Positions 10,295 through 20,909 are shown, counted from the first letter of the stretch. The stretch is DNA of 64,000 nucleotides from Myxococcota bacterium (GCA_039028615.1 JBCCHT010000021.1:1-64000); one strand, 5' to 3'. A program made the numbers and translations. Notes: generated by a model not told the origin, from the letters alone.

Positions 10295-10596
10295 GGTGCC
10301 TGCTCGGGCATTTTAGTTTCGCGTGAGCCCCGTTCTTCTGCGGGCGGCCACTGCTGCGCTCGTCGCTTGCGGACCGTGTGCCGCTCAGGAAAACCGAGGA
10401 GCCATCACGGCCCCGTGACGCCTGAGAGTCCAACCTCCGAAACGCCATCGCATTGATGCACTCTGGTCGTCGTCGACCCGTTCACCCTGAGGGTGACGGT
10501 GGAGGAGCGCCGACGAGGTGGGTGGGGGCTACGGGGTCGAATTGTGAAATCGAAAGATGCGGTTGATCGGCCCAGTCCAGCAGTTCGCGAGCTTTG

Positions 10597-11400
10597 TCAG
10601 GACGGAACGACCGTGTCCTCATCGTCGCCGTAGGACTGGACGGTGCCTTCGAATGCTGCGGGCTCGAACGACGATCGAGTGCTCTTGGTCGGCACGAACC
10701 GAAGCAGACGATCGCTGACCGAGATCGTGCAATCCATCGCCGTGACGGAGCCCGAGCGAAGCGCGAGCCACGTGCCGCCGGGACCGGCGAGATTGCGGAG
10801 CACGACGTCTCGGTTCGAATGAATCTCGAAGTGGGCCGGCTCGAGTTCTGCCTCGGCCTCCAACACGAGATCGCCGCGCTCGCGACCGATGGTGAACGTC
10901 CCCGCATGGAGGGGCACCTCGAGCGCCGAGACACCGTCGGCATCGAACACGCGAACACGGGCAGCGTGGTCGTCCGTCTCCGCCTCATAGCGAAACCAAC
11001 GAAGACCAGCACAGAACGAGTCCCCGTCGTGGAGCTCGATCTCGTGGTCGACACGCAGGAGTGCATCGAGTACGGCCTCGTCGTAGTCGATGCACACCTG
11101 CTCGAGTTCGACACCATGCACCATCACCAGCCCCTCACCACAGGCGAGAGCCAACGAACCCCGAGAGGGTACCTTCACCCGATCCTCGGTGGGTTCGAGC
11201 TCGGCGGACGGCCCATGGCGGAGGAAGTCGTCCACCATGGACATCAACTCGTGCTGGCTCGCGGCCACGGAGCCCGGCGTACGGGGAGGGGGGGACTCGA
11301 TCGCTGCGACCTGCGCTTGCCCGTGCTCGAGGAACGCGCGAAGAGCTTCCGCCATCGAAGGGGATTTGTTGCCGAGGTGGGGTTGGTCGCTCGTGGGCAT
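10597..11400 (-). CDS. FHA-like domain protein
   Basis: FTIGRERGDLVL...AHFEI...VLRNLAGPGGTWL resembles the FHA GR/SxxH/NGT pattern in degenerate form. Confidence 0.6.
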   Translation of the reverse strand: MPTSDQPHLGNKSPSMAEALRAFLEHGQAQVAAIESPPPRTPGSVAASQHELMSMVDDFLRHGPSAELEPTEDRVKVPSRGSLALACGEGLVMVHGVELEQVCIDYDEAVLDALLRVDHEIELHDGDSFCAGLRWFRYEAETDDHAARVRVFDADGVSALEVPLHAGTFTIGRERGDLVLEAEAELEPAHFEIHSNRDVVLRNLAGPGGTWLALRSGSVTAMDCTISVSDRLLRFVPTKSTRSSFEPAAFEGTVQSYGDDEDTVVPS

Positions 11401-11478
11401 CTCACAGAAAGAGTGACCGTGAGCGGGTCTACGTCTTCAGGAAAAAAAAAGTCGGCGCTGCTGAGGAATTATCGAACG

Positions 11479-12552
11479 ATGAGTTACTACCCTTCCGAGG
11501 CCGAGTTCATGACAGTACTTCGCTCTGTCCATTTGGTTGGTTCACCGAGGCGCCAGGGGGCGACGACGTGCTCGCACGGCCGGCGACCTCGGCTCCCCGC
11601 CGTCGGCCAGGTCCTCGACCAACGTTTCGAGCTACGCGAGGTCATTGGCAACGGAGGTATGGGCCGGGTGTACCGGGCCTTCGATCGTCGCCGCGGTCAC
11701 GACGTCGCCCTCAAGCTCGTCTTGCCTCGCCATCTCGACCGACCCGAGCGCGAGCTTCGATTCCTGCAGGAACGTAGCCTCGGGCGGCGATCCGCGGGAC
11801 ATCCAAACCTCGTGTCCTACCTGGATCACGGCCGCTTGCGAGATCGGGCCTGGCCCTTCGTCACCATGGTGCTGGTGCCTGGTGAGAGCCTCGTGCGCCG
11901 GCTCGTCCAGGGCCCGCTTCCACCCGCCGAGGCGTTGAGTCTCGCCCGTCAGATCGCCACCGCCGTACGAGCTCTGCATCGCGAGAAGATCGCTCACCGC
12001 GACGTGACCCCGATGAACGTGCTCGTCCACGACGGCACGGCGGTCCTGATCGACCTCAGCCACGCCTCCGAGCTTCACACTCCTGGTCGTAGGAAGCACC
12101 GGCTGACCCTCAAACACGAGAGGCCCGGCACCCGACTGTTCATGTCTCCCGAACAAGCGCGAGCCGAGCCCGCCCAGACGGCGATGGATGTGTACGGGTT
12201 CGGTGTGCTGTTTCATTACATGTTGGCGGGAGGATTTCCCCAACGGCGAACCCGCCGAGCACGGCTCCGAGACCCCAAGCGACAGCAGCCACCGCCGCCT
12301 CCCATCGATCCACGAACGGCCCCGGGGGTACCCTGGGCAGCAGCCCGACTCGTGCGTGATTGTGTGGCGCTCGCACCCGAGCGGCGACCCACGATCGACG
12401 AGGTCATCCGGCGGCTCGACGAACAACTCGAAGAGCACGTCGCGACCAACCCGAGACCGAGGACTTCGGCCATACCTACCGCATCGCAACGCCGCTGGTG
12501 CCCCCTCACCGCCATGGCGTTGTTGGTCGTCCTGGCGATCGTGATGAGGTAG
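11479..12552 (+). CDS. Ser/Thr protein kinase with C-terminal hydrophobic tail (variant motifs)
   Basis: IGNGGMGRVY, VALK, HRDVTPMN, IDLS (DFG position), GTRLFMSPE, DVYGFG; start uncertain (11479 or 11509). Confidence 0.85.
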   Translation: MSYYPSEAEFMTVLRSVHLVGSPRRQGATTCSHGRRPRLPAVGQVLDQRFELREVIGNGGMGRVYRAFDRRRGHDVALKLVLPRHLDRPERELRFLQERSLGRRSAGHPNLVSYLDHGRLRDRAWPFVTMVLVPGESLVRRLVQGPLPPAEALSLARQIATAVRALHREKIAHRDVTPMNVLVHDGTAVLIDLSHASELHTPGRRKHRLTLKHERPGTRLFMSPEQARAEPAQTAMDVYGFGVLFHYMLAGGFPQRRTRRARLRDPKRQQPPPPPIDPRTAPGVPWAAARLVRDCVALAPERRPTIDEVIRRLDEQLEEHVATNPRPRTSAIPTASQRRWCPLTAMALLVVLAIVMR

Positions 12553-12631
12553 CCGCCGTGGCTGAGAGTCCGCTGTGTTGTCCCCGGCTTCCTGGTGACC
12601 CGGTTCGACACCCCTGCTAAATTGACCAAGT

Positions 12632-13255
12632 ATGGATGACTGGGAGCTCTTCGAGGCGTGGCGGGACGGAGACTCCAAAGCTGGTGACGCGCTCCTTCGA
12701 CGTCATGTCGAGATGCTCGGGCGCTTCTTCGGAAACAAGGTCAGCAATCGCGACGACGTGGCTGACTTGATCTCCGAAACACTACTGGCGTGCACGGGCA
12801 GCAAGGGCAACCTGCGCAACTCAGGGGCATTTCGCTCGTTCTTGCTCGGCTCGGCCATGAACCGCCTTCGGTTGCACTTTCGCAAGAAGGTCAAGCGGGG
12901 GCGGGAGATCGAAGACTTCGCCGATATCTGCGTCGGTGACTCCGACCACCCACGTTCGCTCACCTCGATGGTCTCGCTGCAGAATGAGGGGCACTTGCTG
13001 GTCCGCGGCCTACGGAGGCTCTCGCTCGACTACCAGATCGTGCTCGAACTCAGCTTCATCGAGGAACTCAACGGCCCCGAGATCGCCGAACTCCTCGGCG
13101 TGCCTCTCAAGACGATCTATACGCGCCTGAGTCGAGGCAAGGAGAAACTGCGCGCGGCCATGCTCGAGATGGCCGAGTCGCCCGCGCTCGTCGAGTCCAC
13201 GATGACCGGCCTTCAGACATGGGCCGGGGGCCTACGCAAAGCGATGGCTCGCTGA
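12632..13255 (+). CDS. ECF-type RNA polymerase sigma factor
   Basis: DWELFEAWRDGD..AGDALL, DVADLISETLL, FRSFL region 2; EIAELLGVPLKTIYTRLSRGKEKLR region 4. Confidence 0.92.
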   Translation: MDDWELFEAWRDGDSKAGDALLRRHVEMLGRFFGNKVSNRDDVADLISETLLACTGSKGNLRNSGAFRSFLLGSAMNRLRLHFRKKVKRGREIEDFADICVGDSDHPRSLTSMVSLQNEGHLLVRGLRRLSLDYQIVLELSFIEELNGPEIAELLGVPLKTIYTRLSRGKEKLRAAMLEMAESPALVESTMTGLQTWAGGLRKAMAR

Positions 13256-13275
13256 CGTCGGCCGCACAGCGAACG

Positions 13276-13303
13276 AAAAGGGGCCCCCGTACGGAAGGCC
13301 CCC
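13276..13303. terminator. Possible terminator hairpin downstream of the ECF sigma gene
   Basis: AAAA-GGGGCC...GGCCCC inverted repeat; the U-tract would be on the minus strand. Confidence 0.4.
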
Positions 13304-13920
13304 TCGAGATGGTTCACGACGGCGCGAGCACTCGTTTCGGGAGCAACGAGCACGTTCCCACGCCTAGTATGACCGTGATCGAACAGAACCAATGAAGGGG
13401 AGTCCCCGGCTCAATCCCGTCGGCATCGTCCTGCGAGCAAGAGAGTTCGCCGCACGCTCGTTTCGTTATCTCCTCGAGCGAGGTCATCCCGCGCCCTTTC
13501 TTGTGTTCCCGGGAGCGCATGCGGTCATCAACCCTGCACCGAGCAAGCCGGCGGTACGCAAACATTGCCTGGCCCAAGTCCGACGGGAGGCGGCAGCACG
13601 GGGTTCGGGGCTTCATCCGTTGGTCATCGGCTTCATCTTCCTGTCGGTCTTCCGTAGGACATCCACGAGTCACAGTGCCAGATTCAACACGACCATTCAG
13701 CGGTTCGCGTCCGGCATGAATGGAGTAGCGTTCCGGGGCGTGGAGTCTTCAATCACAAGAGCATTCTCGTTCGAAAATCCGCCTCGGACCGAAAGGTCGG
13801 TGCAACGGGAGAGTCTGCGACTCATCCGTACCTGTCGCGTGAAGAGCGTTGTTGTTCGCGGCCGCGTTTGGCGGTGTTTCTCGGTGGCTCCCTAGCCGTT
13901 CCCATGCAACGCTCTATGTA

Positions 13921-16900
13921 ATGACAGTGCCTTCGCTCGACGACGATCGCCTCGCTTGGGCCGAGGCTTCCGATACCGACGAGGCCGATCCAGACGCGGC
14001 CACCCTCCGCACCGATGCGGACGAGGACATGCTCGATCGGGTGCGGCAACGTCTGTTTGCGCCCAAGCCCATCGCGACGCAGATCGGTCGCTTCGTGGTG
14101 CTCGAAGAGCTCGGGCATGGCGCGATGGGGACGGTATACGCGGCGTATGATGAGCGACTCGATCGCAAGGCGGCGATCAAAGTCATGCGCTCGGAACAGC
14201 TCCTGGCGGAAGACTCGCGCCAGCGTTTCATCCGCGAGGCGCAAGCGCTGGCTCGCCTCTCGCACCCCAACGTCGTCGCGATCCACGAGGTGGGCGATCA
14301 TGATGGCGAGCTCTTCCTCGCCATGGAGTTCATCCGTGGCCAGACGGTGGGCGACTGGCTGAAGACCGAGCCGGCCTGGGAAGATGTGCTGAACGGCTTC
14401 GCGCAGGCCGGTCGAGGGCTCTCAGCCGTCCACCGAGCAGGCCTCATCCACCGCGATCTCAAGCCGCACAACCTCATGCGTAGCGACGACGGGGTCGTCA
14501 AGCTTCTCGACTTCGGTCTAGTGCGAGCTGCGGACGAGCTGGAGGAGGAGTTCTCTGAACCCGAGAGCCTGGTCTCCGGCTCGGCACTGACCTCCTCGCT
14601 CACCGCGCAAGGCATGGTGATGGGCACGCCCGTGTACATGTCACCGGAGCAAATGGAAGGCACCGAGATCGAGGCCAGCAGCGACCAGTACAGCTTCTGT
14701 GCAGCACTGTGGGAGGGGCTGTGCGGGGCACGCCCATTCGAGAACGGCGATGATTTCCGCTCGCTGTTCCAGGCAAAGGTGCGTGACACCCCCCGGTGGC
14801 CTGCCGACGCTCCGCCGGTTCCTCGGGTCATCGTGGAAGCACTGCAACGCGGCTTATCGGTCGATCCGAACGAGCGATGGCCGTCCATGGACGCACTGCT
14901 CGGGGTCTTGTCCTCCGAGTCGAGACGACGGTTGTGGTTGCTGCCCGCGACGTTCGCCGGACTGGGCGGCATTGCGGTGGGCGCCGTGGCGTGGCCCGTT
15001 GCGCTCGAGGCTCCCGCCCCTTGTGCCGAAATGGAGCGCCACCTCGAGGGGATCTGGGACGAGCCACGTCGCGAGGCCGTGCGCGACGCCTTTGCGAAGA
15101 CCGAACTCGACTATGTCGACCATACACTCGGGCAAGTGCTGCCCGCACTCGACGAACATGCCCAGACCTGGGTGGAGCAGCGTCAGCAGGCCTGCGAGGC
15201 CACCCGCGTGCGCGGGGAGCAATCGGATGAACTCCTCGACTTGCGCATGGCCTGCTACGACGGCGTGTTGCAAACCATACAGGCCACGGTAGATGTGCTG
15301 ACGGAGGCGGACGAGGCTACGGTGCAAAACGCCGTCGACCGCGTGAACGTGCCGCTGGAGTTCGCGCGCTGTGCCGACGCCGAGGCCCTGCGTGCCCAGA
15401 GTCCGCTCCCCGAGGATCCTCAGGTCGTCGAAGCGATCACGCTCGTTTCGGCCCAACTCGAGCGAGTCGAAGCGCTGGCGAGCCTGGGCAAGAAGGTCGA
15501 GGCTCGGGAACTCCTGGAGAAGGCCGCCGCCGAGGCTGAAACTTTGGGATACGCCCCGCTGGAAATCAGTGCGGACGCGCAGCGAGCACTGAACTTCGAG
15601 AAGGCGGGCGACTTCGAATCGGCCACTGCGGCGGGTAAACGCGCGGTCTATGCCGCGATGCGAGAAAGACAGTTCGCCCTCGCCATGTCCGTCGCGAACA
15701 CGCTGATCAACGTTGTCGGCGTTCGCGTGGGTGACCTGGACCGGGGGCGCGACTTGGCTGCGCTGTCCGAGGCCCTCGATCCAGGCACTGAGCCCTACCA
15801 GGAGGCGATTCGCTTGTCGCACCTGTGCGCCCTCGAGAACAAGGCCAACCGGTATGGGGAAGCGCAAGAGCACTGCGAACGGGCATTGGCGATCCTCGAG
15901 GAGGAGTACGGGCCCGACCACCTCCTCGTGAGCGTCGTGTTGCTCGATCTCGGAGCCGTGCTCCTGCCACAGGGGCACATTGCCGAGGCCAGTCAGATGT
16001 TCGAGCGCAGCCTGGCGATCGCCGAGCGAACCCGCGGCCCCACGCATCCCCTGACGATCAATGCACTGGCCCACTACGCCAACGTGCTACGCGAGCAACA
16101 CCGGCTGGCCGAGGCCCGGCCGATCGCAAAGCGAGTCTACGATGTCAGGCGAGCGACCTACGGCCGGCGTCACTACCTCACCGCGAATATCTTGGTCCTG
16201 GGCGCGCTCGTCGACGGGCAACTCGGGGAACACGAAAAAGCACTCGAGAAGTACCAGGAGGTGGCCTCGGTGTACGAAGAGAAGCTGAAGCCGGACCACC
16301 CGGAGCTGGCCTTCGCGTACCTGGACCTCGCCGAAACGCTCGAGTCCCTCGGGCGCTGCGCCGAGTCGTCACAGCCCTACGAACGGGCGATCGCCATTCT
16401 CGAGACCGACGAGGACAACCGTGCCATCCATCTCGCGAGCGCGCTGTCCGGCGCAGCTCGCTGCGACCTTCTCATGGGTCGAGCGCAGCGGGCCCTCGAG
16501 CGCAGTCAGCGATCGCAAAACATCCACGAACGCATCGAGTTTCCCGACCCCTGGTACTCGGCTCCGGCCTTCATCAGCGTTGGCCGCAGCCTCATTGCGT
16601 TGGAGCGCCCTGCGGAAGCGATCGAGCCGCTCGAGCGGGCGCAGAACATGATCATCGAGTCGGTCTCGAAGGCGGAGTCACGACGAGACCCCGGACGGCT
16701 AGGCCGCACCCGCATCGCCTTGGCGCAAGCGCTGTGGGACGCCCCGCCACCCCAGCGCGACCGAGCGCACGCCATCACGCTCGCACGCCAGGGGAAGGAA
16801 GGCTTGCGCGAGTCATGGAACATCTCGTCGGTCGAGCTCGGACTCGCCGACCAATGGCTGGCCACCCACCGTCTGGATGACCACGATTCCGGCACGGTGG

Positions 16901-16929
16901 ACGCGCCTGTGCCCCCCGTAGGCCCATGA
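13921..16929 (+). CDS. Ser/Thr protein kinase with TM segment and TPR repeats
   Basis: LGHGAMG, AAIK, HRDLKPHN, DFG, GTPVYMSPE, DQYSF; TPR repeats (GPDHL, GPTHP, PDHPELA); paralogue of 7409-10294. Confidence 0.93.
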   Translation: MTVPSLDDDRLAWAEASDTDEADPDAATLRTDADEDMLDRVRQRLFAPKPIATQIGRFVVLEELGHGAMGTVYAAYDERLDRKAAIKVMRSEQLLAEDSRQRFIREAQALARLSHPNVVAIHEVGDHDGELFLAMEFIRGQTVGDWLKTEPAWEDVLNGFAQAGRGLSAVHRAGLIHRDLKPHNLMRSDDGVVKLLDFGLVRAADELEEEFSEPESLVSGSALTSSLTAQGMVMGTPVYMSPEQMEGTEIEASSDQYSFCAALWEGLCGARPFENGDDFRSLFQAKVRDTPRWPADAPPVPRVIVEALQRGLSVDPNERWPSMDALLGVLSSESRRRLWLLPATFAGLGGIAVGAVAWPVALEAPAPCAEMERHLEGIWDEPRREAVRDAFAKTELDYVDHTLGQVLPALDEHAQTWVEQRQQACEATRVRGEQSDELLDLRMACYDGVLQTIQATVDVLTEADEATVQNAVDRVNVPLEFARCADAEALRAQSPLPEDPQVVEAITLVSAQLERVEALASLGKKVEARELLEKAAAEAETLGYAPLEISADAQRALNFEKAGDFESATAAGKRAVYAAMRERQFALAMSVANTLINVVGVRVGDLDRGRDLAALSEALDPGTEPYQEAIRLSHLCALENKANRYGEAQEHCERALAILEEEYGPDHLLVSVVLLDLGAVLLPQGHIAEASQMFERSLAIAERTRGPTHPLTINALAHYANVLREQHRLAEARPIAKRVYDVRRATYGRRHYLTANILVLGALVDGQLGEHEKALEKYQEVASVYEEKLKPDHPELAFAYLDLAETLESLGRCAESSQPYERAIAILETDEDNRAIHLASALSGAARCDLLMGRAQRALERSQRSQNIHERIEFPDPWYSAPAFISVGRSLIALERPAEAIEPLERAQNMIIESVSKAESRRDPGRLGRTRIALAQALWDAPPPQRDRAHAITLARQGKEGLRESWNISSVELGLADQWLATHRLDDHDSGTVDAPVPPVGP

Positions 16930-17246
16930 AAGAACGCAGCGGCGGCTCGGTGCCGATCGCTGCGTCGTTGGGGCCGAACTGCGCCGCCCTCGTTGCCACG
17001 CACAGTAAATCAGTGGACCCGTTTGCAGAGCCTCATACAGAGGACCGCAACCCGCTCCCGTTGTGCACCGTCTTCATGTCGCGTGAACACCAGGACCGAT
17101 GGATGTCGCGCATGAACTCGTGCTGGAACCGACAGGAACAAGGGCCTGTCGCCCGCTTCGCTCATGCCTCCGGTGATGAAGTGACGCTCGAACCCCGGGC
17201 GGCGCAACAACGCGCCAGACGTCGGTCTTCTCGGCACGCTCACCGG

Positions 17247-17408
17247 CTACGACTGACCACCACGGAGCCGTCGTCGGTGTAGCCCACCGTCGGTTGCCGA
17301 GGTGTCGACTGCTCCGTCACCGTCATCGCCACGGGCGCCAGTGCCCCGCTCGATCGGGGAGCAGGCCAGGGCTCCGAGGCTCATGAAGGCCAGCAACGAC
17401 GTACGCAT
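17247..17408 (-). pseudogene. Short or truncated lipoprotein ORF
   Basis: MRTSLLAFMSLGALAC lipobox then early stop after 53 aa (hand-translated). Confidence 0.3.
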
Positions 17409-17463
17409 CGGCGTGTCCCGAAAAGGCGCTGGGGTGCGCGGAGAAGGGTCGGTGATTCGGTCG

Positions 17464-17643
17464 TTAGAGCAGGCACCAAGCGACGCCGAGCCACACGGCG
17501 GCGTTGGCCGCCATCACGGCGATGACGGACAAGTTGAGTCGACGCCGTGGCGGTCGCGGGGACAGAGGAACCAAAGTGATCGCCGTACGCGGACCAACGG
17601 CGAGGGGCGACATGATTTTGTCCATGGCTTGAACGTGGTTCAT
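17464..17643 (-). CDS. Small membrane protein, hypothetical
   Basis: MNHVQAMDK...RRRLNLSVIAVMAANAAVWLGVAWCLL, single C-terminal TM helix. Confidence 0.35.
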   Translation of the reverse strand: MNHVQAMDKIMSPLAVGPRTAITLVPLSPRPPRRRLNLSVIAVMAANAAVWLGVAWCLL

Positions 17644-17840
17644 GGCGAGTTCGCTTCCCGAGGGGACATCGGCTGTGCTCGCGCTCGCAGCCCGGATTGG
17701 CTGTCGAAGCGTCGTCGAAGAACCCTCACATTTGTAGTTACGCGAGGGCGGACACATTCTTCGTCCGAGCGTGATTTTCTCGTTTTCGCCGAACGAGGCC
17801 CCTGAGACGCTCGTTCTGAGCGACTCACCAGAAAGTGCGA

Positions 17841-17869
17841 ACGACCCGCCGCATGACGCGACGGGCCGT
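17841..17869 (-). terminator. Intrinsic terminator-like hairpin
   Basis: Minus strand ACGGCCCGTCGC-GTCAT-GCGGCGGGTCGT 12-bp stem (two G-U pairs) followed by TCGCACTTTCT. Confidence 0.55.
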
Positions 17870-17872
17870 CAG

Positions 17873-17899
17873 GGTCCTCGGGGCAGGAGTCGAACCCGT
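17873..17899 (-). other. tRNA 3'-end-like fragment (possible att-site scar)
   Basis: Minus strand ACGGGTTCGACTCCTGCCCCGAGGACC resembles a T-arm plus acceptor 3' strand; no 5' half of a tRNA seen upstream. Confidence 0.45.
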
Positions 17900-18159
17900 C
17901 GTATCCCACAACGAAGACGGGAAGAATCGTCGAGGTCCTGATCGACGCCCAGCGACGGCATCTCGTCATCAAAGCCAATGCCGTCGGACGACGAGACGCC
18001 CTGGTCGGCCTCCATGGTCCCACCATTGGGGTTCGCACGACGTTGATGTACGCGCCGGGTAGCTCGGATGTTGTTCTCCTAGAAGTAGATGCTGCGTGCG
18101 GAGCTCGACCGCGCGTTCGAGCACGTTCGCTCTCCGGGAACCGGTTTTTCGGTCCCCCG

Positions 18160-18245
18160 TGAATCGCGACCCAACGCGCGCGGTGGGGTTCGAGGGCCTT
18201 CCATAGCCGAACGAACTGTCTTCGGTCAGGAACGTTCGGCGCGGC
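18160..18245 (-). pseudogene. Second fragment of the same integrase family as 6570-6850
   Basis: cgagggccttccatagccgaacgaactgtcttcggtcaggaacgttcggcgcggc is near-identical to ~6586-6642 (1-nt deletion); encodes PRRTFLTE / QFVRLWKALEPHRARWVAI. Confidence 0.65.
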
Positions 18246-18313
18246 TCGACGGCCGGCTGCGCGGGCAGACTCTGCCTCCCTTCCGCTCCGACGATGCGTG
18301 CTAGCTTGCCGCG

Positions 18314-18844
18314 ATGTCCCACGCCGTCTTGGTCTCGTGGCGCTCGTCCCTCGTACTGTGGGTGGCACTGCTGGGGGTGAGCTCGAGCTGCAAGACGAGC
18401 ACCCCCACCGAAGAGCCGACTTCACGCGGGAACGGGGGACCGGTACTCCAGCCGGGCAACCAGACCGATCCTGGTGCGCGTGCCCTCGAGTTCGATCGCT
18501 ACGTCGCCCAGATGCATCGACCGATCCACGAGGTGTGGGCATGGGGTGTCCTCGAACGGCTCGAGGCCGAAGAACGCTCGCATCCTCTCAACGACCGCGA
18601 CCTGTGGACGCGGGTCGAGATCGTAGTCGGTAGTGAAGGGCGGATCGAGAATGTGACGACGATTCGCTTTTCGGGCGATGCCGGATTCGACGAAGTGGCG
18701 CGGCTGAGCGTTCACGCATCGGGCCCCTATCCCACTCCGCCCGAGGGGATTCGCAGCGGGAATGGCAAAGTGTACGTTCATTGGACCTTCCACCGTGATG
18801 AGCGAGCCTGCGGGACCTCCGGCAACGCAACCATTCATCATTGA
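18314..18844 (+). CDS. TonB C-terminal domain lipoprotein
   Basis: Signal ending SSC; VEIVVGSEGRIENV...SGDAGFDEVA...GPYPTPP TonB_C pattern. Confidence 0.75.
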   Translation: MSHAVLVSWRSSLVLWVALLGVSSSCKTSTPTEEPTSRGNGGPVLQPGNQTDPGARALEFDRYVAQMHRPIHEVWAWGVLERLEAEERSHPLNDRDLWTRVEIVVGSEGRIENVTTIRFSGDAGFDEVARLSVHASGPYPTPPEGIRSGNGKVYVHWTFHRDERACGTSGNATIHH

Positions 18845-19154
18845 CGACGCGGAGCATGAGGGGGCGCAAGACCCGGCGTGAGCGCCTTTGGTTGTGCCGC
18901 TCGTGGGGGGCGAACGCACCCTGGCTACGGGTCCCTCTACGATGGGACTGTGGTGCTTTTTGGGGGGTTCATCATCGAGTACTCCGCTGTGGCGGCCGCT
19001 ACGGTGCCCTGGACCGCAGCGGGTACATGTAGGTTCGAGGAAATCGCGAACTTTTTCGCATGACCGAGAACCTTTGGCGAAGTGACGCGTCCTGTCGAGG
19101 GCGGGAATAGGCCCGCCGGCGAAGCCGTCGACCCCCGAGGAGGAACTCGCAGCG

Positions 19155-19706
19155 ATGGAACACGTACCGGTCTCGTTGGCCATCATCGGCGCCATCGTTG
19201 CCCTCGTGCTCGCCATTGCCAGGAGCTGGCACCAGCTCGAGCGCCGCGATCGACTCGCGACGCTACGTCTGCAGCTCGAGAACGCAACGCTTCTCACCGA
19301 GCTCCGCGCTCGCCTCGACGAGGCGCCGAGTGACGACCCGGTTCTGCGTCGATGGATCGCCCGCGTGGAAGCGGAGTGCGCCCAGGTCAGCGCCGAGCCG
19401 GACCAAGGCATTCGATCGAGCAGCACCGAGCCGACGCCGTGGTTACGAACGCTGGACATCGGCTCACACAACGCGGGCAGCCCGCCCGTGGTGCTGGCAC
19501 TGTTCCTGATGTCCCTCGGGTTCGTGCTCACGCTCGTCGTTGGGTGGGGTGTCGAGCTTTCGGGGCTCACCGTCTGTGCGCTGTCGAGTTGGCCGCTGTG
19601 CATCGGCCCCGCGCTACGAGGCGTCTTTCAGACCTTCCGTGCTGCGCATGGCTACCGTGCCAGCGAGGACCCGAGCGAAGGTCTGCCGACCGCTCCCGAG
19701 CCCTAG
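19155..19706 (+). CDS. Hypothetical membrane protein
   Basis: GAGGAGG RBS; three hydrophobic segments. Confidence 0.6.
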   Translation: MEHVPVSLAIIGAIVALVLAIARSWHQLERRDRLATLRLQLENATLLTELRARLDEAPSDDPVLRRWIARVEAECAQVSAEPDQGIRSSSTEPTPWLRTLDIGSHNAGSPPVVLALFLMSLGFVLTLVVGWGVELSGLTVCALSSWPLCIGPALRGVFQTFRAAHGYRASEDPSEGLPTAPEP

Positions 19707-19785
19707 AGCGGCGTGGCCATGGCGAACGCGGAGGGGTGGTAGCGACGCATTGCCGCTACTACGCAAGAAGAGCAGGACGACGAAC

Positions 19786-20229
19786 TCAGCAGTTGGAGTA
19801 GTACAGCCCGGCGACCCAGCAGTGCCCGTTGGTGCTTTCTTCCGTGGGCACGTAGCAACCCCGCACCAGCTCGTAGTCCCCGTTGCACTCCTCTTCGACC
19901 TTCTCACGGAGCAAGGCGTCAAAGTGCTCGGGGTCGCAGGGGTCGCACGGCTCGCCCTGGTCGACGTCGAACGCGACGAACACCTTGCGGGTCGATTCGA
20001 AGCCTTCGGGGGGCTCAGGGAGCCCGCCGACCGCCCACCCACAATACGGCCGGTTGATATCCGCGGGGTCGTGCCCGAGGGAAGGATCGACCACGTAGCA
20101 CACGCGGTCGTCGTCGTCCTCGGGGGCGTTCCTGGTGGTGCATGCTCCGACCACGACACCGACGGCCAGGGCCATGAGCATGGTTCGCAGGCCAGCGAGG
20201 CTACTGTTGGGTGCATTTTCCCGAGTCAT
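19786..20229 (-). CDS. Cys-rich lipoprotein, hypothetical
   Basis: Lipobox VVGAC; 8 further Cys in a ~115-aa mature region. Confidence 0.65.
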   Translation of the reverse strand: MTRENAPNSSLAGLRTMLMALAVGVVVGACTTRNAPEDDDDRVCYVVDPSLGHDPADINRPYCGWAVGGLPEPPEGFESTRKVFVAFDVDQGEPCDPCDPEHFDALLREKVEEECNGDYELVRGCYVPTEESTNGHCWVAGLYYSNC

Positions 20230-20909
20230 CGCACTCCATTCCAGATCCACAGCCGGGGTGACCAGCCGCGTTGCAGTCGGTCCATCCAAAGCCGCTGGCA
20301 CGAGGCACCGCATTGTTTTGGGCGAGAGTTTGCCAGATTTCACTTTGCGTCGTTGTTTCCGTGTCACCCCGGGGCAGAGGAGCCGGGTTCGCTCACGAGC
20401 TGGGACTGCCCGGATCCATCGGCGGGAAGGCCTGGCGCTCAGCGGCCTCGAGCTGGTCCGATCGCTGGGGTCGGGCGGCGATCTGATCGCGGTGGGCCCA
20501 CGCGCGCTCGAACGTGTTCACGACTCGTCTTCGACCAGCTCGAAGTCGAGCTGGTCGAGGTCGGCGGACCACGGCACGAAGAGCACCTCGTAGCTGCGGA
20601 CGTGCTCGGATCCAGACGAGGCCAATCGCCTCGGGCCAGCGAGCACGCAAAAACGCAGGTCGCACCGCTGATCGCCCGCCCGTACGCCAGCGCCGGCGGT
20701 GCCTCGGGCCCGACTCGGGAAGCCAATCGAGCGTCTCAGAGCTCGATGTGTTGGACCTAGCTTGGTCCTCCGACCCTCCATGGCGTCGGTGAGCGTTGCT
20801 TCCTGGGTGCGGCGGTCGCCAGGAACGAGCGCCTTGCAGCGAAGCCGCAGCCGACGGGGCGCGCTGAGTTGCGACCGTCCGCCCGCCTTCGCTACGGTGG
20901 CCGCAGGCG

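Noticed and set aside
10594..11478. N-terminal extension of the 652-aa kinase ORF
   Set aside because: Antisense to the FHA-like gene; the real start is near 11479-11509
13314..13487. Small Cys-containing ORF (MTSLEEITKRAC...) as a peptide precursor
   Set aside because: No leader motif or processing genes; coding signal unconvincing
17873..17945. Complete tRNA on the minus strand
   Set aside because: Only the T-arm/acceptor-like 3' part is present; no D-arm or anticodon arm
20393..20781. Short minus-strand ORFs
   Set aside because: No recognisable motifs; possibly gene debris
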